From assembly GCA_951406725.2 (NCBI GenBank), contig OX597832.1, positions 63,364,001-63,428,000 of the forward strand: a DNA stretch of 64,000 nt, read 5' to 3'. The notes below the pieces were generated by a model. That model searched no databases, was not told where the DNA came from, and was given only the letters and a program-made list of their open reading frames with translations. This document shows positions 1 to 12,815 of this stretch, in pieces. How positions within the stretch are numbered: position 1 is the first letter of the stretch; every line of letters starts with the position of its first letter. The translations under genes were made by a program, and so were the position numbers. This stretch comes from Octopus vulgaris (taxonomy: Eukaryota).

Positions 1-119
1 CCCTTATGGATAGGGCATATCTCTTCTTTCGATTTGACTGGGAGCTTACCACTTGAAAGAAAGCTCTGAAAAAGAAGCTGTAGTCATTTTGCAAGGGCTC
101 GTTTGCACGATTTGAGAAG

Positions 120-157
120 ATATGCATATATATATGTATATATATATATGTATATAT

Positions 158-218
<61 letters not shown>

Positions 219-351
219 CATATATATGTATATACACGTATGTGTACATATATATATATGTATATACACGTATATGTATATATACACACATATATATATA
301 TGTATATATACACATATATATGTATATACACATATATACATATATATATAT
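120..351. repeat. (TA)n/(TG)n compound microsatellite, representative of many. Others: 8676-9105, 12093-12180, 15748-16010, 20580-20642, 33044-33196 GATA, 35225-35350
   Basis: Direct inspection. Confidence 0.97.
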
Positions 352-1225
352 GGCGAAGAATGTACCCCACAACATAGACTGGTAGTTAGTGACTTTAGGA
401 TGAGGACTAAGTGGACGACCAGAAGACGACCAGCATGGAGGAGAAGAGTCTGGAAGTTTAAAGATCCTGCGAATGGACAGAGATTTAGGGACATATTACT
501 CGAAGCCTTTGACGAAACAGAAGGGGATATAGCTTCACATGGTGTAGAAGACAACTGGAGGTTTCTAAGGGACAACTTGCTGAGAGCCACTGACCAGATC
601 TGTGGATGGTGCAAAGTCCCCTCTCGACCCAAAATAACATGGTGGTGGAACAATGTTACAGACAGGGCTATTAGAGAAAAGAGACAGGCTTGGAAGGATG
701 GGAAGAATGGTGGTAGCAGGGAATTGTATCAGACTTCCAGAAGAGAAGCTAGGAGACAGATTTATTTAGCCAGAGGGGGAGCAGATAAGAAAAAATTTGC
801 CAATGCTCTGCGCCATAAGGACCAAAGACTTGAGGTATTTCGTGTTGCAAGACAGTGTGTGAGAGAGAACCATGATGGGGTAGGAGAGAAATGTGTTCGC
901 ATGGATGATGGTTCACTTGCTCTAAATGAGGATGCAAAGAGAGAGGTTTGGAGACGCCACTATGAAAGGTTGCTGAATAAAGAAAATGAATGGGAGAAAG
1001 AGAGTTTGCTGAATGTCGACCTAACAGAGGGACCAGCTATCTGAGTTGACAGTACCTTGGTAGATAAAGCAATTAAAAGTATGAAGACAGGGAAAGCCCC
1101 CAGCCCATCAGGAATTACTGCAGAGATGCTCAAAATATTTGGCATTGTCGGCTATAGCCTAGTCACCCATATAGTTAACCAGGTGATACACGAAGGAGTC
1201 ATACTCAATGACTGGTGTAGCAGCT
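352..1225 (+). mobile_element. RTE-type LINE internal fragment (end of AP endonuclease, linker, start of RT)
   Basis: [15 protein letters not shown]...TWWWN...EGPAI*...MKTGKAPSPSGITAEML...DW; same family as 38818-41746; premature stop at 1042-1044. Confidence 0.9.
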
Positions 1226-2304
1226 GAGAATAATAAAACCCGAATCCTTCATTCGTACTATGCCAAACCTATGGCCTCCAAATATTTGATCCACCGGAAC
1301 TCAGCTATCGCGGACAATGCCAAATTCAATATTTTGATGGCAGACCTCGTCAGAACAATGCGAAATGTGTCCCACATGTGCAAGCCTACAGAGTTAAAGA
1401 GACACATACAACATTTTGTTCACCGCATGCAGTTCTCAGGTTACAGCCATAAAGACAGGATCAGAGTATACAAAGGAGCCATGAAGAAATTTGATACTAT
1501 CTTATGTAATGATAGGAATGGGATTTGCCCACTCTATAGGAACAAGTCATGGAACACTATTGAAAGGACAAAGAAGAAAATAGGGAAGGCCAACTCTTGG
1601 TATGATAGCCACAAATACCAGATTGTCATGTTCATCGACACCACCCCTAGAGGTGAACTGGCGTACTGCTTTTGAAGGACCCTAGACAAACTTAAGCTAA
1701 GGATTAAGGTTGTTGAAAAGCCAGGCAACCCTATCAAATCCATAATCGGTAGAACCTACCCTTTTAGTAGAACCCCCTGTACGGATAAGTACTGTGCTGT
1801 ATGTAGATTTAGCCCACAAACAAACTGTAAAGCCAGAAATGTAGTCTATAGTATAAGATGTATAGAGGGACGATGCAGTAACAAGACAATGACATACGTA
1901 GGAAAAACGGCACGGAGCATAGGAGAGCGGGTAAATGAACATTGGAGAGAACTTAAGGAAGGAAAGAGCTCAATCAACAACATAGAAGTTAAAATCTTGT
2001 CCACACATAGAACAGACGCAACAATCAGACAAATTACGGAAGCTACACACATAAATGAAGATAAACCTAGCCTGAATAGGAAACTGAAATGGAACACTAG
2101 CACACACCACAACATATGACAGAAGAAGATCCCCATAAACTGGTTACAATATAAACAAAACTGAAAACATAATAAAATAAAATAAAATAAAATACACAGA
2201 TAAATAAATGGAAGTAAATAACTATATACATATATTTTTTTATTATTTTTTTTTAATATTTATTATTATTATTACTATTATTATTGTTATACATACCTAC
2301 ATAC

Positions 2305-2356
<52 letters not shown>

Positions 2357-2640
2357 GTGGGTGTAAACACATGAACAAAATAAGAATAAACAAAAACAAA
2401 AACAAATTTCACGAACGTATATAAACAGGAGATACAAATATTACAGGCGTTTTCTCCCCACACACACACTAACTAAACATAGACACACATAGAGATATAT
2501 GCTTGCGCAAATGAAGACACATACAATAGAAATACAAAATGGCTGACGGTTAGTAAGGAGAGACACACAAATAAGAAAGAAGAAAGCAAAGGACCACTGA
2601 TGTGGTCACAGGAGAGTGACGAAAGAACTCTGGCCAAAAT
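1226..2640 (+). mobile_element. Penelope-like retroelement 3' part (RT thumb, Cys linker, C-terminal GIY-YIG endonuclease, 3' tail)
   Basis: ORFs 1208-1675 and 1889-2119 are in one frame interrupted by a single TGA: YYAKPMASKYLIHRNSA...SGY...PCTDKYCAVC...CKARNVVYSIRC...C...YVGKTARSIGERVNEH...RQITEATHI...PSLN. The 3' boundary is approximate. Confidence 0.88.
2591..2635 (+). ncRNA. Degenerate minimal type I hammerhead motif downstream of the Penelope ORF
   Basis: GACCA-CTGATGT-G-GTCAC[aggaga]GTGAC-GAAA-GAA-CTC-TGGCC; helix II is perfect, core A9 is substituted. Confidence 0.55.
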
Positions 2641-3019
2641 AAGATTAAGATTAATGTTAAAAAATAAATAACGATGATGCAAAATAACACCAAATATATA
2701 GTGCGTGTATTTTTATTGGTTAAACTGGCAAAATGACCATTCCTAAATACAACAATATATATATATATATATATACACAAGATAAGAAAATGGAGAAATA
2801 CATCTAAATCAAATATCAATTACCAGATAATACTCAATCACACATACTTTATTAAACCACCACATAAGAGACTGTAGGGTTAAATATAAAAAGCAGAACA
2901 AATCAGTGTACATAAAGGAATGTACATAAAAAAGTGTACATAAAAGAGTAATGTTGTATAATAAGTAGAATATATATAAAAGAGAATATAAATATAAGTA
3001 AATATAAATATAAGTATAG

Positions 3020-3156
3020 ATTACATCTTACAGCTGTTTCGGCCATGTAGATAAGTATGTCTCATTTTACCAATATTAGCTCTTTATGGTGGGTCAATAT
3101 ATAGATATAAATGAGACATTTACAAAAATATAAGGCCTCTTCGGAGATTATGTAAT
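3020..3156 (-). ncRNA. Minimal type I hammerhead motif with long helix II
   Basis: On -: ATTACAT(aa)TCT-CCGAAGA-GGCC...GGCC-GAAA-CAGCTG-TA-AGATGTAAT. Palindromic helix III ACAGCTGT, GUA triplet, U4 to C change. Confidence 0.65.
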
Positions 3157-4267
3157 ATAAATCAGTCTACATATATACCCACATGGGTGTGGGAGCATAC
3201 CCATAATACAACATATACATATACATATGAGTGCATATACTCCCACTCTTATACATATAAAAATATACATATACTTAATGATATAAATAAATAAAATAAA
3301 TTAGTAAACATATATATGTGTTCAACATCCAATGTCTCAGTTTTTCAACTTAATATTGTGATAATAAACATACACAAATTAGTACTAGATGCAAATATAC
3401 ATAGTCAATAGTACATTATATTACTTCATTCTAATTTCTAAAGTGTCATTAAAGTTAGCACCACTATCGTTGTCAATACCATTAATGTTACCATTATTAT
3501 CATTCATAATATTATTAATAACACTTACATTAGGATCCAGAGCGGTATATATGTATGTCCGGGTTCCAGTTAGTAATTTTCCTTATGACATAAATACACT
3601 ATTGGATTTGAATTTAAAATTATCATTATCTTCAGCACGGTTGGTCAATTGAGAGCCGCCCGCACAAGCAAAACATACACATCCACATCTAACCCTAAAC
3701 CCACACATCCACACAGAAACTCACACACACATGCACACACACACATGCACACACACACATGAATACACCCCGACACATCTCTACACATTCACTAAATTGC
3801 AGAGTGCATGTCTGTCATCACATGGCTTATATACAAATCAGTACAAGCAGCAGTGTCTAACACTAACACACACACTCACACGCACATCCGCATATACGCA
3901 TAAATATTAATACACTTTCCTATACTGTGTCAGGGAACTTTCACACACACACATATATATATTTAAATATATATCTGCGCACTCATACGTACAAATAAAA
4001 CCTATATTTATATCCACCCATGAATAAATATTCGTATATACATATATACATATCCAAGTATGCACTGGCGTGCTCATATGTGTAATAAAAACATACATCT
4101 GTACATCCACCCACGATCATACCTATATGAACAAAAACATATATATGTACACATACACATTTTCACACACCTACATTTATGTATTAACTTTGTTGGGTAC
4201 TTCACTAGCAGTATATTGGATATATGTTATCCCATGGAGGGTTGCATTTACAACCCCTATCTCAATT

Positions 4268-4296
<29 letters not shown>

Positions 4297-4300
<4 letters not shown>

Positions 4301-4915
4301 AATCCCCAAAAAGAAGAACAATAAACACAAAATACACAACAACATGAGGGCATGGTAGACGTAAAGTATAATCAGACGCTCAGGGAAGGAAAAAAAGATG
4401 GTTTAACATTTCAAGCAACGATCTACTTCAGAAACAGAGGAAAGTCCAATAGAAAGGAAGACGGATGAAGAAAATCGCCAATGATTCACATGCAGTTACA
4501 AATAAATACATATATATGTATAGGGAGAGTTCACGAAAAAAGCAAAAGACGAAGACAGGTGTATTAGTGTAACGCTCAGAAATTGAAAAAGTCTTTTACG
4601 TTTTGAGACTACACTCTTCTACAGAAAGAGACACAGAAAAAAACAAGGAGAGAAAAAAAAAGGAGAGAAAAAATGTGTGTAGTGGCTACGCACACACACA
4701 CACACATATATATATAGTTAATCCAAACAAGAAAACACAAAAAAACACAACGCGAGGATGTGGAACAAACATAGTATTATTGGACGCTCAGGAAAGAAGG
4801 AGGGTTTAACGTTTCGAGCGGAGCTCTTCGTTGGAAACATAGGAGAAGGAAAGATCCAGAGAAGAAAGACAGAGGAAAAAAAATCGCCAACGGTACCTAC
4901 GAGGTCACATTTTGA
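4297..4915 (-). repeat. Three diverged tandem ~200-bp units, each with a hammerhead-like core, separated by TA/CA microsatellite
   Basis: Units at about 4297-4502, 4521-4690 and 4716-4913 share acgctcag...(t/a)ac(g/a)ttt...ctcttc...gaaa; related to 8500-8676 and 44262-44485. Confidence 0.7.
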
Positions 4916-5118
4916 AAGAACTGAAGGAGCACACACTCATATATATACACATATATATATACACACATATATACACATATATATACACACACACATATAT
5001 ACACATATATAGTTAATTTAGTTAAAAATGTAGACACAAGTTGTTAAAATATGTGTGTGTATATATATATATGCACACACACACATATACATGCACAAAT
5101 ACAAATATGTACACATAT

Positions 5119-6163
5119 ACCTCTCGCTCAAAGTAAAGGGTAGACTGTATGACATGTGTACAAACAGCCATGCTACATGGCAGTGAAACATGGCCTGTGA
5201 CTGCTGAGGGCATGCGTAAGCTTGCAAGGAATGAAGCCAGTATCCTCCACTGGATGTGCAATGTCAGTGTGCATACTCAACAGAGTGTAAGTGCCCTGAG
5301 AGAAAAGTTGAATTTAAGAAGCATCAGATGTGGTGTGCAAAATAGATGACTGTGCTGGTATGGTCATGTGTTGTGTATGGATGAGGACAGCTGTGTGAAA
5401 AAGTTTCACACCCTAGAAGTTGAGGGAACCTGTGGAAGAGGTAGACCCAGGAAGACCTGGGATGCAGTGGTGAAGTACGACCTTCTAACATTGGGTCTTA
5501 CTGAGGCAATGACTAGTGACCGAGACCTTTGGAGATATGCTGTGCTTGAGAAGACCTGACAAACCAAGCGAGACCATAAGCCAAGACCTATGCCAGTGGG
5601 TGTAACCAGCTCACTTATGAGCACCCCTCATTCACTGGACAATAAACTTTGCTTGCGAAGACCTATTGAGGCAAGTAAAATCAAAATCACTGATGTGGCC
5701 TATGTCAGAACCGACTGATTGGTGCACATGCCAGTGGAATGTTAAAAGCACCATCCGAGCATTATTGTTGCCAGGACCACTGATTGGCTCCCATGCCAGT
5801 GGCATGTAAAAAGCACCATTCGAGCATCATCAGTGCCAGCGTTGCCTTACCGGCATGACAAACAGCATTCGAGCGTGGTCATTGCGAGTGCAGCCAGACT
5901 GGCTCCCATGCAGGTAGCAATTAAAAAACACCTTTTGAGTGTGGTCGTTGCCAGAACCGCCTGACTGGCCCTCGTGCTGGTGGCATGTAAAAGCACCCAC
6001 CAGACTCTCAGAGTGGTTGGCGTTAGGAAGGGCTCCAACTGTAGAAACTTTGCCAGAACTGATTGGAGCCTGGTGCAGCCTTCTGGCTTGCCAGTCCTCA
6101 ATCAAACTGTCCCACCCATGCCTGCATGGAAAGCGGATGTTAAACAACGATGATGATAATGAT
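5119..6163 (+). mobile_element. 5'-truncated RTE LINE 3' end with 3' UTR and (GAT)n tail
   Basis: LYDxCVQTAMLHGSETW...GRGRPRKTWDAVVKYDL; ends gttaaacaacgatgatgataatgat. Confidence 0.9.
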
Positions 6164-6676
6164 ACACATATATAACTTTGAGCAACTAAAACTTGTCAAA
6201 AAAACAATGAGCTAAGTGTTCTACATAGTCGCTTAATCCACTAGAGATAGCAGCTAAATTCCCCTTGAAAAAAAGGAAGCACATAGAATGATCATATCTA
6301 GAAGTCTTTGATCATAAGATCTGAATGGCCATTAGCTTCTCTGCTACTAAACTACAATAGCATCTTCAACAACATTTAATACTTGAGCAGTTTTTTTCTC
6401 TGGATGTGGTTTAAGTAGTCTGTGTGTGTGTGTGTGTGTGCAACTTCAGGACCACCACTCCAGACGAGGAAGCAATACCCCACTGGGTCAGTGGTGTCAG
6501 TCACCTCATTTGACCAAATTGTGAGATTGATGGTCTATATCTGTCACTAGCTCTGCTTTATATCTACTGTCAAGGCACTCAACTAGCCACGTGCAAATCT
6601 ACTCAGGTAACTTAGCAGGTACTTAGTCTAACGTATGATATCTATATAATTTTATCTATCTATTTATCTATCTATC

Positions 6677-6717
<41 letters not shown>

Positions 6718-7234
6718 ATATAAACACACACACACGTCTACAGGTGTTAAACTTTAGTTAATATTTGTTGAAGGCTGAACATGCGTGACACGGATTAAAC
6801 TTAATTATTTCTTCAGCCTGCAACACTTGCTTTAAACACTACCAGCCTCCTTGGTACACCACCATGATGACCCACATACACTACCTCCCAAAGTGTCACT
6901 GCTAACACTTACTAATCCTAAAATTGTGTCTTGATTTCACAATCAGGTAAGCAGCTTAGGAACAAACTGGGAGAGGCTTTCACTTGAAAGAAGATGATTC
7001 TTACAGAATAAGAAATGAGAAACTTTAGTTTTCATTAAAAAAAATACTCATTCATCACTCCAGTGCCCAATTCAATTTTTTATTAATTAAAATTTGGTTT
7101 GTTATTTTTTTTTAAATCTTAAAAATTCCAGAAAATACATTTGGTTTTTAATTAAAATTTCAGGGTTGTCTCTCATGCCTTTTTTTTTACCAATTTTTTT
7201 TATCAAGCCTTTTGTTATATTTCTATTGAAATAT

Positions 7235-8676
7235 GCTGCATTTTGTTTCGATTCCCTATTCCCAATTCCTCCGTCTGCACAGGGTCTGCAGTGACAACCA
7301 TGACTTTGAGACTCAGTCTCAACTCATGGTTCGCCATTTCCTCCTACTATCCATGCTGCCCTTGCCAGAGCATGTTCCAGGGACGGTGCATCTGCTCTCT
7401 CCCCTGCACTTACCCCGCCATCACTTGTCTCCCATTTCCCCTCACCTACCACCCCTCCACCCTACCTCTCCAATGCCCCATTCTCCAAGCCTTCAAGTGA
7501 CTCCACTCCGACCCCCTCCACTTCATACATCTTTCCTAACCGACCACTCCCCTCCTTCAAATGAGCCCACAGCCTATGTGACCACCTGGTCCACAGTTTC
7601 TTCCCTAACCCAACCTCCCAATCTGGCTCATTCCCTTGCTCCTGCCCATGCTTCCACACTTGCCCTTATCTCTCCAACACCACCATCCTTACAGGCACCC
7701 TCCATAGACCCTATCGTATTGCTAACTCCTTCACCTGCACTTCTAGCAACATCATCAACTGCATCTTCTGCTCTTTCTGTCCTTCTTTGTACATCAGTCA
7801 AACAGGACACCACTTGACTGACTGGTTTGTGGAACACCTCCAAGACATTAGACTTGGCAACGACACCCCAGTCTCATGCCATTTCCACTCTACTGGTCAT
7901 TCTTTACAACACCTATCTGTGTTCAGATTGTCCTCACATAGAGGCCATCCGGACTCCCATCTTCGCCATGAACAGGAACTAATCTTCTCTCTTTGCTCCT
8001 TTGCACCACATGAGCTCAACTCTCTTCCCCTCTTCATCTAAACCCCCTCCTCGCTCCTCTCTTCCTCTCACCTACTTCCTCCCTTCTCTCATACCTACCT
8101 CTTCTCTCTTGCTTTGACACCTACTTCCTCTCTTCACTCCAACCCACCTCCCTTGTCACCCCTACATCATTACCCCACCCCTACACATTCCAAACCCACT
8201 ATCCCTATGCTCCCATCTCACACCCTAACACCATCACACCACACACCACCATACCACACCACATCACACCATCCTGCACACACTAGCACTGACCACTTCC
8301 CAGCACCCACACTATCATCCAAACACCTACACATGCACACGTCAAGGTCACCAGCCCCCATCCACATGCACATACATGCTCTCACACATGCACGTGCATC
8401 TTCATTTTGGGATCATCACTACTTTATTATCTCCCCTTCTTCCTAGCTCTCTTGTCTGACCATCTCTGTCCAGCATTCACCATGATTGATCACTAGCCAC
8501 TAAACCTTTTTTTATTTTCTCTCTGTTTATTTCTGTGTTCCTTTCTGTTGAAGAGCCTAGGCTCGAAATGTAAAAGACTTTCTCACTTCCCGCGCATTAA
8601 ACTAATACATCTGTTTGTTGTTTACATACCCATCTTTGTCTTTTGTTTTGTTTGCTTTTTTTTGTAAATTCCAACT
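7235..8676 (+). mobile_element. Second Penelope-like element remnant (3' part, frameshifted) with C-rich 3' UTR and hammerhead-like terminus
   Basis: SIPYSQFLRLHRVCS; PFPLTYHP; FTCTSSNIINCIFCSFCPSLYISQTG...FVEH...PVSCHF...EQELIFSL (GIY-YIG pattern). Confidence 0.85.
8541..8576 (+). ncRNA. Minimal hammerhead-like motif at the Penelope 3' end
   Basis: CTTT-CTGTTGA-A-GAGC[ctag]GCTC-GAAA-TG-TA-AAAG; helices I and II pair perfectly, core A6 is substituted. Confidence 0.6.
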
Positions 8677-8858
8677 ATATATGTATATATGTATGTATGT
8701 ATATATGAATACATATATGTATATATGTATGTATATATGAATACATATATGTATATATGTATGTATATATGAATATATATATGTATATATGTATGTGTAT
8801 ATGAATATATATATGTATATGTGTATATGAATATATATATATGTATATATGTATATGA

Positions 8859-8889
<31 letters not shown>

Positions 8890-9519
8890 TGTGTATGTAT
8901 ATATATATATATGTGTATGTATGCATATATATGTGTATATATGCATATATATATGTATTTGCATGTATATATATGTGTATGTATGCATATATATATGTAT
9001 TTGCATGTATATATATGTGTATGTATGCATATATATATGTATTTGCATGTATATATATATGTGTGTATGTATGTATACATATATATATATGTACATCCGC
9101 ATATATATCTCACGACAGTTCTCATCTACCAAAATTTCACACAACCTGTTCATATAAACACACACACACACACACGAAGTAGCCATTACGTTGCCAAATT
9201 AATAAAAGCCTCCAACAATACTAACAATAGTCTATACAATAGCCAACAGTTAAAGTTTAATATTTCACTTGTGTATTTGTAAAACAGTTTTAGTCTTACA
9301 TTCAGACTGATTCCTGTTTTCCTGGGAACCAAATACTTCATAATGCACAAACGTCTCGATGGGTTTCCTTAAACTGACTGCACTTTATTGGAGGAATGTC
9401 TAAGAATATTCCCATCGGATGTTATTTTTGGTTATAGCCGTGAGATCTTTTATTCAATTGTTTCATGTTTTTACTTCATTTTATTTTTGCTTTGAGCATA
9501 AATTTGTTTTTATATATTT

Positions 9520-9550
<31 letters not shown>

Positions 9551-10801
9551 TCATATATACATATATATATATATGTACTGCTATATACTCAATTATGCTT
9601 GTAGGCCCTGTTCCCCTCCTCTCCTCCCTCTCCTGGACATGTTGTGCATTCTTCCCCATCATTTGCATCCCTCCCTCACCTCTGGTACTGCATAGCTGCT
9701 GTAGTCACCTGAGATTCCATGTGTTAACTTATTGAGGATATATATATCATCATCATCATTTAACAACCACCTTCCAAGCTGACATGGGTGGGGCGGTTTA
9801 ATATGAGCAGGCCAGGTAGAAGGCTGCACCAGACTTCTGTGACTATTTTGGCAGGATTTTTACAGCTGGATGCCCTTCCTAACATCAACCACTCAGCTGA
9901 GTAAACTAATATTAATATATATATATATATATATATATGACAAGTTTCTTTCATTTTCTATCTACCAAATCCACTCACAAGGCATTGGTCGGTGCTAGGT
10001 TCTAGAAGACACTTGCCCAAGATGCCATGCAGTGGAATTGAACCCAGAGTTATATGGTTGAGGTGCAAACTTTTTACCACACAACCATGTTGATTTATTA
10101 AAATTTATTAAAATTATCTTCATCTCAAGAAATTTTGTCTTAAATTATCAAATGGCAATTAAGACCAGTTCCATATGAGAAGGCACAATAATCTCCAGAA
10201 TCAAGACTTCAAAGTTGACATTCCATTAAAGAGGAGGGCAGGTTTTTTTGTCTGGGGATAAGAGGAGAGTCATGGACACATGTTTCTGCCACTTGGGAAT
10301 TATGACACTCCTTCTAGAGAGGGAGATAATTTTAATAAATCAAGAATTTATATTGTATGGTATTTATTATACCTGGATTTGTCTATGTTGTTCAAACACA
10401 TACCACTGGTCAGTTACTCTGAGTTATTTCTCTTAGCTCATTTTTGCACACACACACAAACAACATGCACACATACATACACACACATACACACATGCAT
10501 ATATGTGTGTGTGTGTATGTGTATAGATATATGTAAGCGTACAGGAAAATGGATAAAACTGAAAGGATCTTAATCAGCTTCCATAGGGGATACTTCCATT
10601 ATTCCTTCCACTAAATTCCCTTTTTAGCTGTGACTGAGCAAACCTATAATCAAAGACATTCCTACCATGATCATCCAGTCCGTTTTCCAAGCTTTGCATA
10701 TTTAAGACTAAACTAACCAAAATCCCTCTTTCTTCCCAAGCCAGTATTATGTGATTCAAGGGAGTTTTAGACATTATTTTGATCAGCTCAAAATACTACC
10801 C

Positions 10802-11587
10802 AGATGAACATCAATGGAATTTGTATCTTTGTGGCACACAAGAAAACCATCCGAACGTGGCCGTAGCCAGTACCGCATCGACTGGCCTCCGTGCTGTGGG
10901 CACGTAACAAACACCATCCAATCGTGGCCGTTTGCCAGCCTCATCTGGCACCTGTGTCGGTGGCACATAAAAACACCATCCGAAGACCCGGCAAGAATAG
11001 TCAGGCCATAACCCGTGACCCCTACCTGGGACATAGTCAGTCCACCTGTGCATACCTTCCTTCTTGTGACACTTGTGAAGACCTGTTGAGGCAAGTGAAA
11101 ATCAAAATCAAATAAATCAAATCAAATCAAACAAATCAAAAAAATCAAAATCAAAATCAAAATCAAAATCAAATCAAATCAAAATAGATGAACATCAATG
11201 GAATTTGTATCTTTGTGGTACCAGTGCCGGTGGCATACAAGAAAACCATCCGAACGTGGCCGTAGCCAGTACCGCATCGACTGGCCTCCGTGCTGTGGGC
11301 ACGTAACAAACACCATCCGATCGTGGCCGTTCGCCAGCCTCATCTGGCACCTGTGTCGGTGGCACATAAAAACACCATCCGAGCGTGGCCGTCTGCCAGC
11401 CTCGTCTGGCACTGTGTCGGTGGCACATAAAATCACCCACTACACTCTCGGAGTGGTTGGCGTTAGGAAACACTGCCAGATCTGACTGGCCTGGTGCAGC
11501 CTTCGGGCTCCTCAGACCCCAGTTGAACCGTCCAACCCATGCTAGCATGGAAAGAGGACGTTAAATGATGATGATGATGATGATGAT
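10802..11587 (+). mobile_element. RTE LINE 3' UTR fragment with internal direct duplication and (GAT)n tail
   Basis: 10802-10983 is near-identical to 11186-11382; (AAATC)n at 11098-11185; tail gttaaatgatgatgat. Confidence 0.8.
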
Positions 11588-12090
11588 AAAGAGCTCTTAT
11601 TAGCACCCTCCACACTTGTTTTACAAAGTTGTATTTATATCCATTTTTATACCTTTCACATACGATTAAATTCCTGCTGCTTTGTCTATTTATATCAATG
11701 TGAATCTTTATTTTTTTTCTTATACATTTTCACATTACACAGCACCAAGTAGAATGTCTAGTTTTCTTTCTTTTTTCTTTTTTTTTTTGAAGTGGGGAGC
11801 AGGTTTTTTCTTTTCTTTTTCCTTTTGGTTTATCGTCATATTGTTTTCATTTGGCATTTTTATTAGTGGTTTTGTTTTTTTTGGAGTTTTTATTTATTAT
11901 TTCTTTTTAATCTGGCATTTAAGTTTGTCTTTTATTTGTGTCTTTTCTAAGATTGGAGCCAATTGTTTTATTTATTTATTTATTTGATGTTTCCTACCCA
12001 ATTACCTCTTTCTTATCTGGCAAATTTTAGATGCTAATTCTCTTTTGTTTTTTTGTTCTTTGTGTTATATGCGGGGGTGGGGGTGCTGAT

Positions 12091-12183
<93 letters not shown>

Positions 12184-12259
12184 TGATAATAATAAAGGGT
12201 AAAATCATTAATGACTTTTACCATGTGGTCAGCGTGGAAATAAAACCTCATAGGTAAAT

Positions 12260-12815
12260 TATCATCATCATCATTGTTTAACGTCCGCTTTCCATGCTAG
12301 CATGGGTTGGACGATTTGACTGAGGTTTGGCGAGCCAGATGGCTGCACCAGAATCCAATCTTGATCTGGCAGAGTTTCTACAGCTGGATGCCCTTCCTAA
12401 CGCCAACCACTCTGAGAGTATAGTGGGTGCTTTTATGTGCCACTGGCACAAGGGCCAGTCAGGCAGTACTGGCAACAGCCAAGCTCAAATGGTGCGTTTT
12501 ATGTGCCATATGCACAGGAGCCAGTCCAGCGGCACTGGCAATGACTTCACTCGAATGTTTCTTAACGTGTCACCAGCACAAGTGCTAGTAAGACAACGCA
12601 GGTAACGATCACGCTCAAATGGTGTTTTTCATGTCCACCGGCACGGAGGCCAGCTTCTTGCTCTGGCAACGATCTCACACGTATGGTACTCTTAGCGCTC
12701 CACTAGCACGGATGCCAGTCATCGAATTTGATTTCGATTTCACTTGCCTCAACAGGTCTTCGCAAGCAGAGTTTAGTATCCAATGAAGGAAAGGCACGCA
12801 TAAGTGAACTGGTTA
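12260..12815 (-). mobile_element. RTE LINE 3' UTR copy. Other short copies at about 9745-9900, 13455-13920, 27103-27270, 34648-35060, 38237-38555, 44493-44635, 47850-48160, 48715-48900, 58020-58340, 61400-61913, 62337-62600
   Basis: Shared (CAT)n-gtttaacgtccgctttccatgctagcatgggttgg...ctggatgcccttcctaacgccaaccac motif, matching the 3' end of the LINE at 38818. Confidence 0.85.

Noticed and set aside
46-385. Long YI/IY/CV/HT-rich ORFs (also 8602-9282, 30654-31634, 32928-33498, 45391-45622)
   Set aside because: These are translations of TA/CA/GATA microsatellites that lack stops by composition.
1673-1675. In-frame TGA in the Penelope ORF as possible selenocysteine or readthrough
   Set aside because: It is not at an evident conserved Cys position and I recognised no SECIS. 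It is most simply a nonsense mutation in a truncated copy.
7233-7817. Pro/Ser-rich 194-aa protein
   Set aside because: Mostly an off-frame reading of a frameshifted Penelope remnant.
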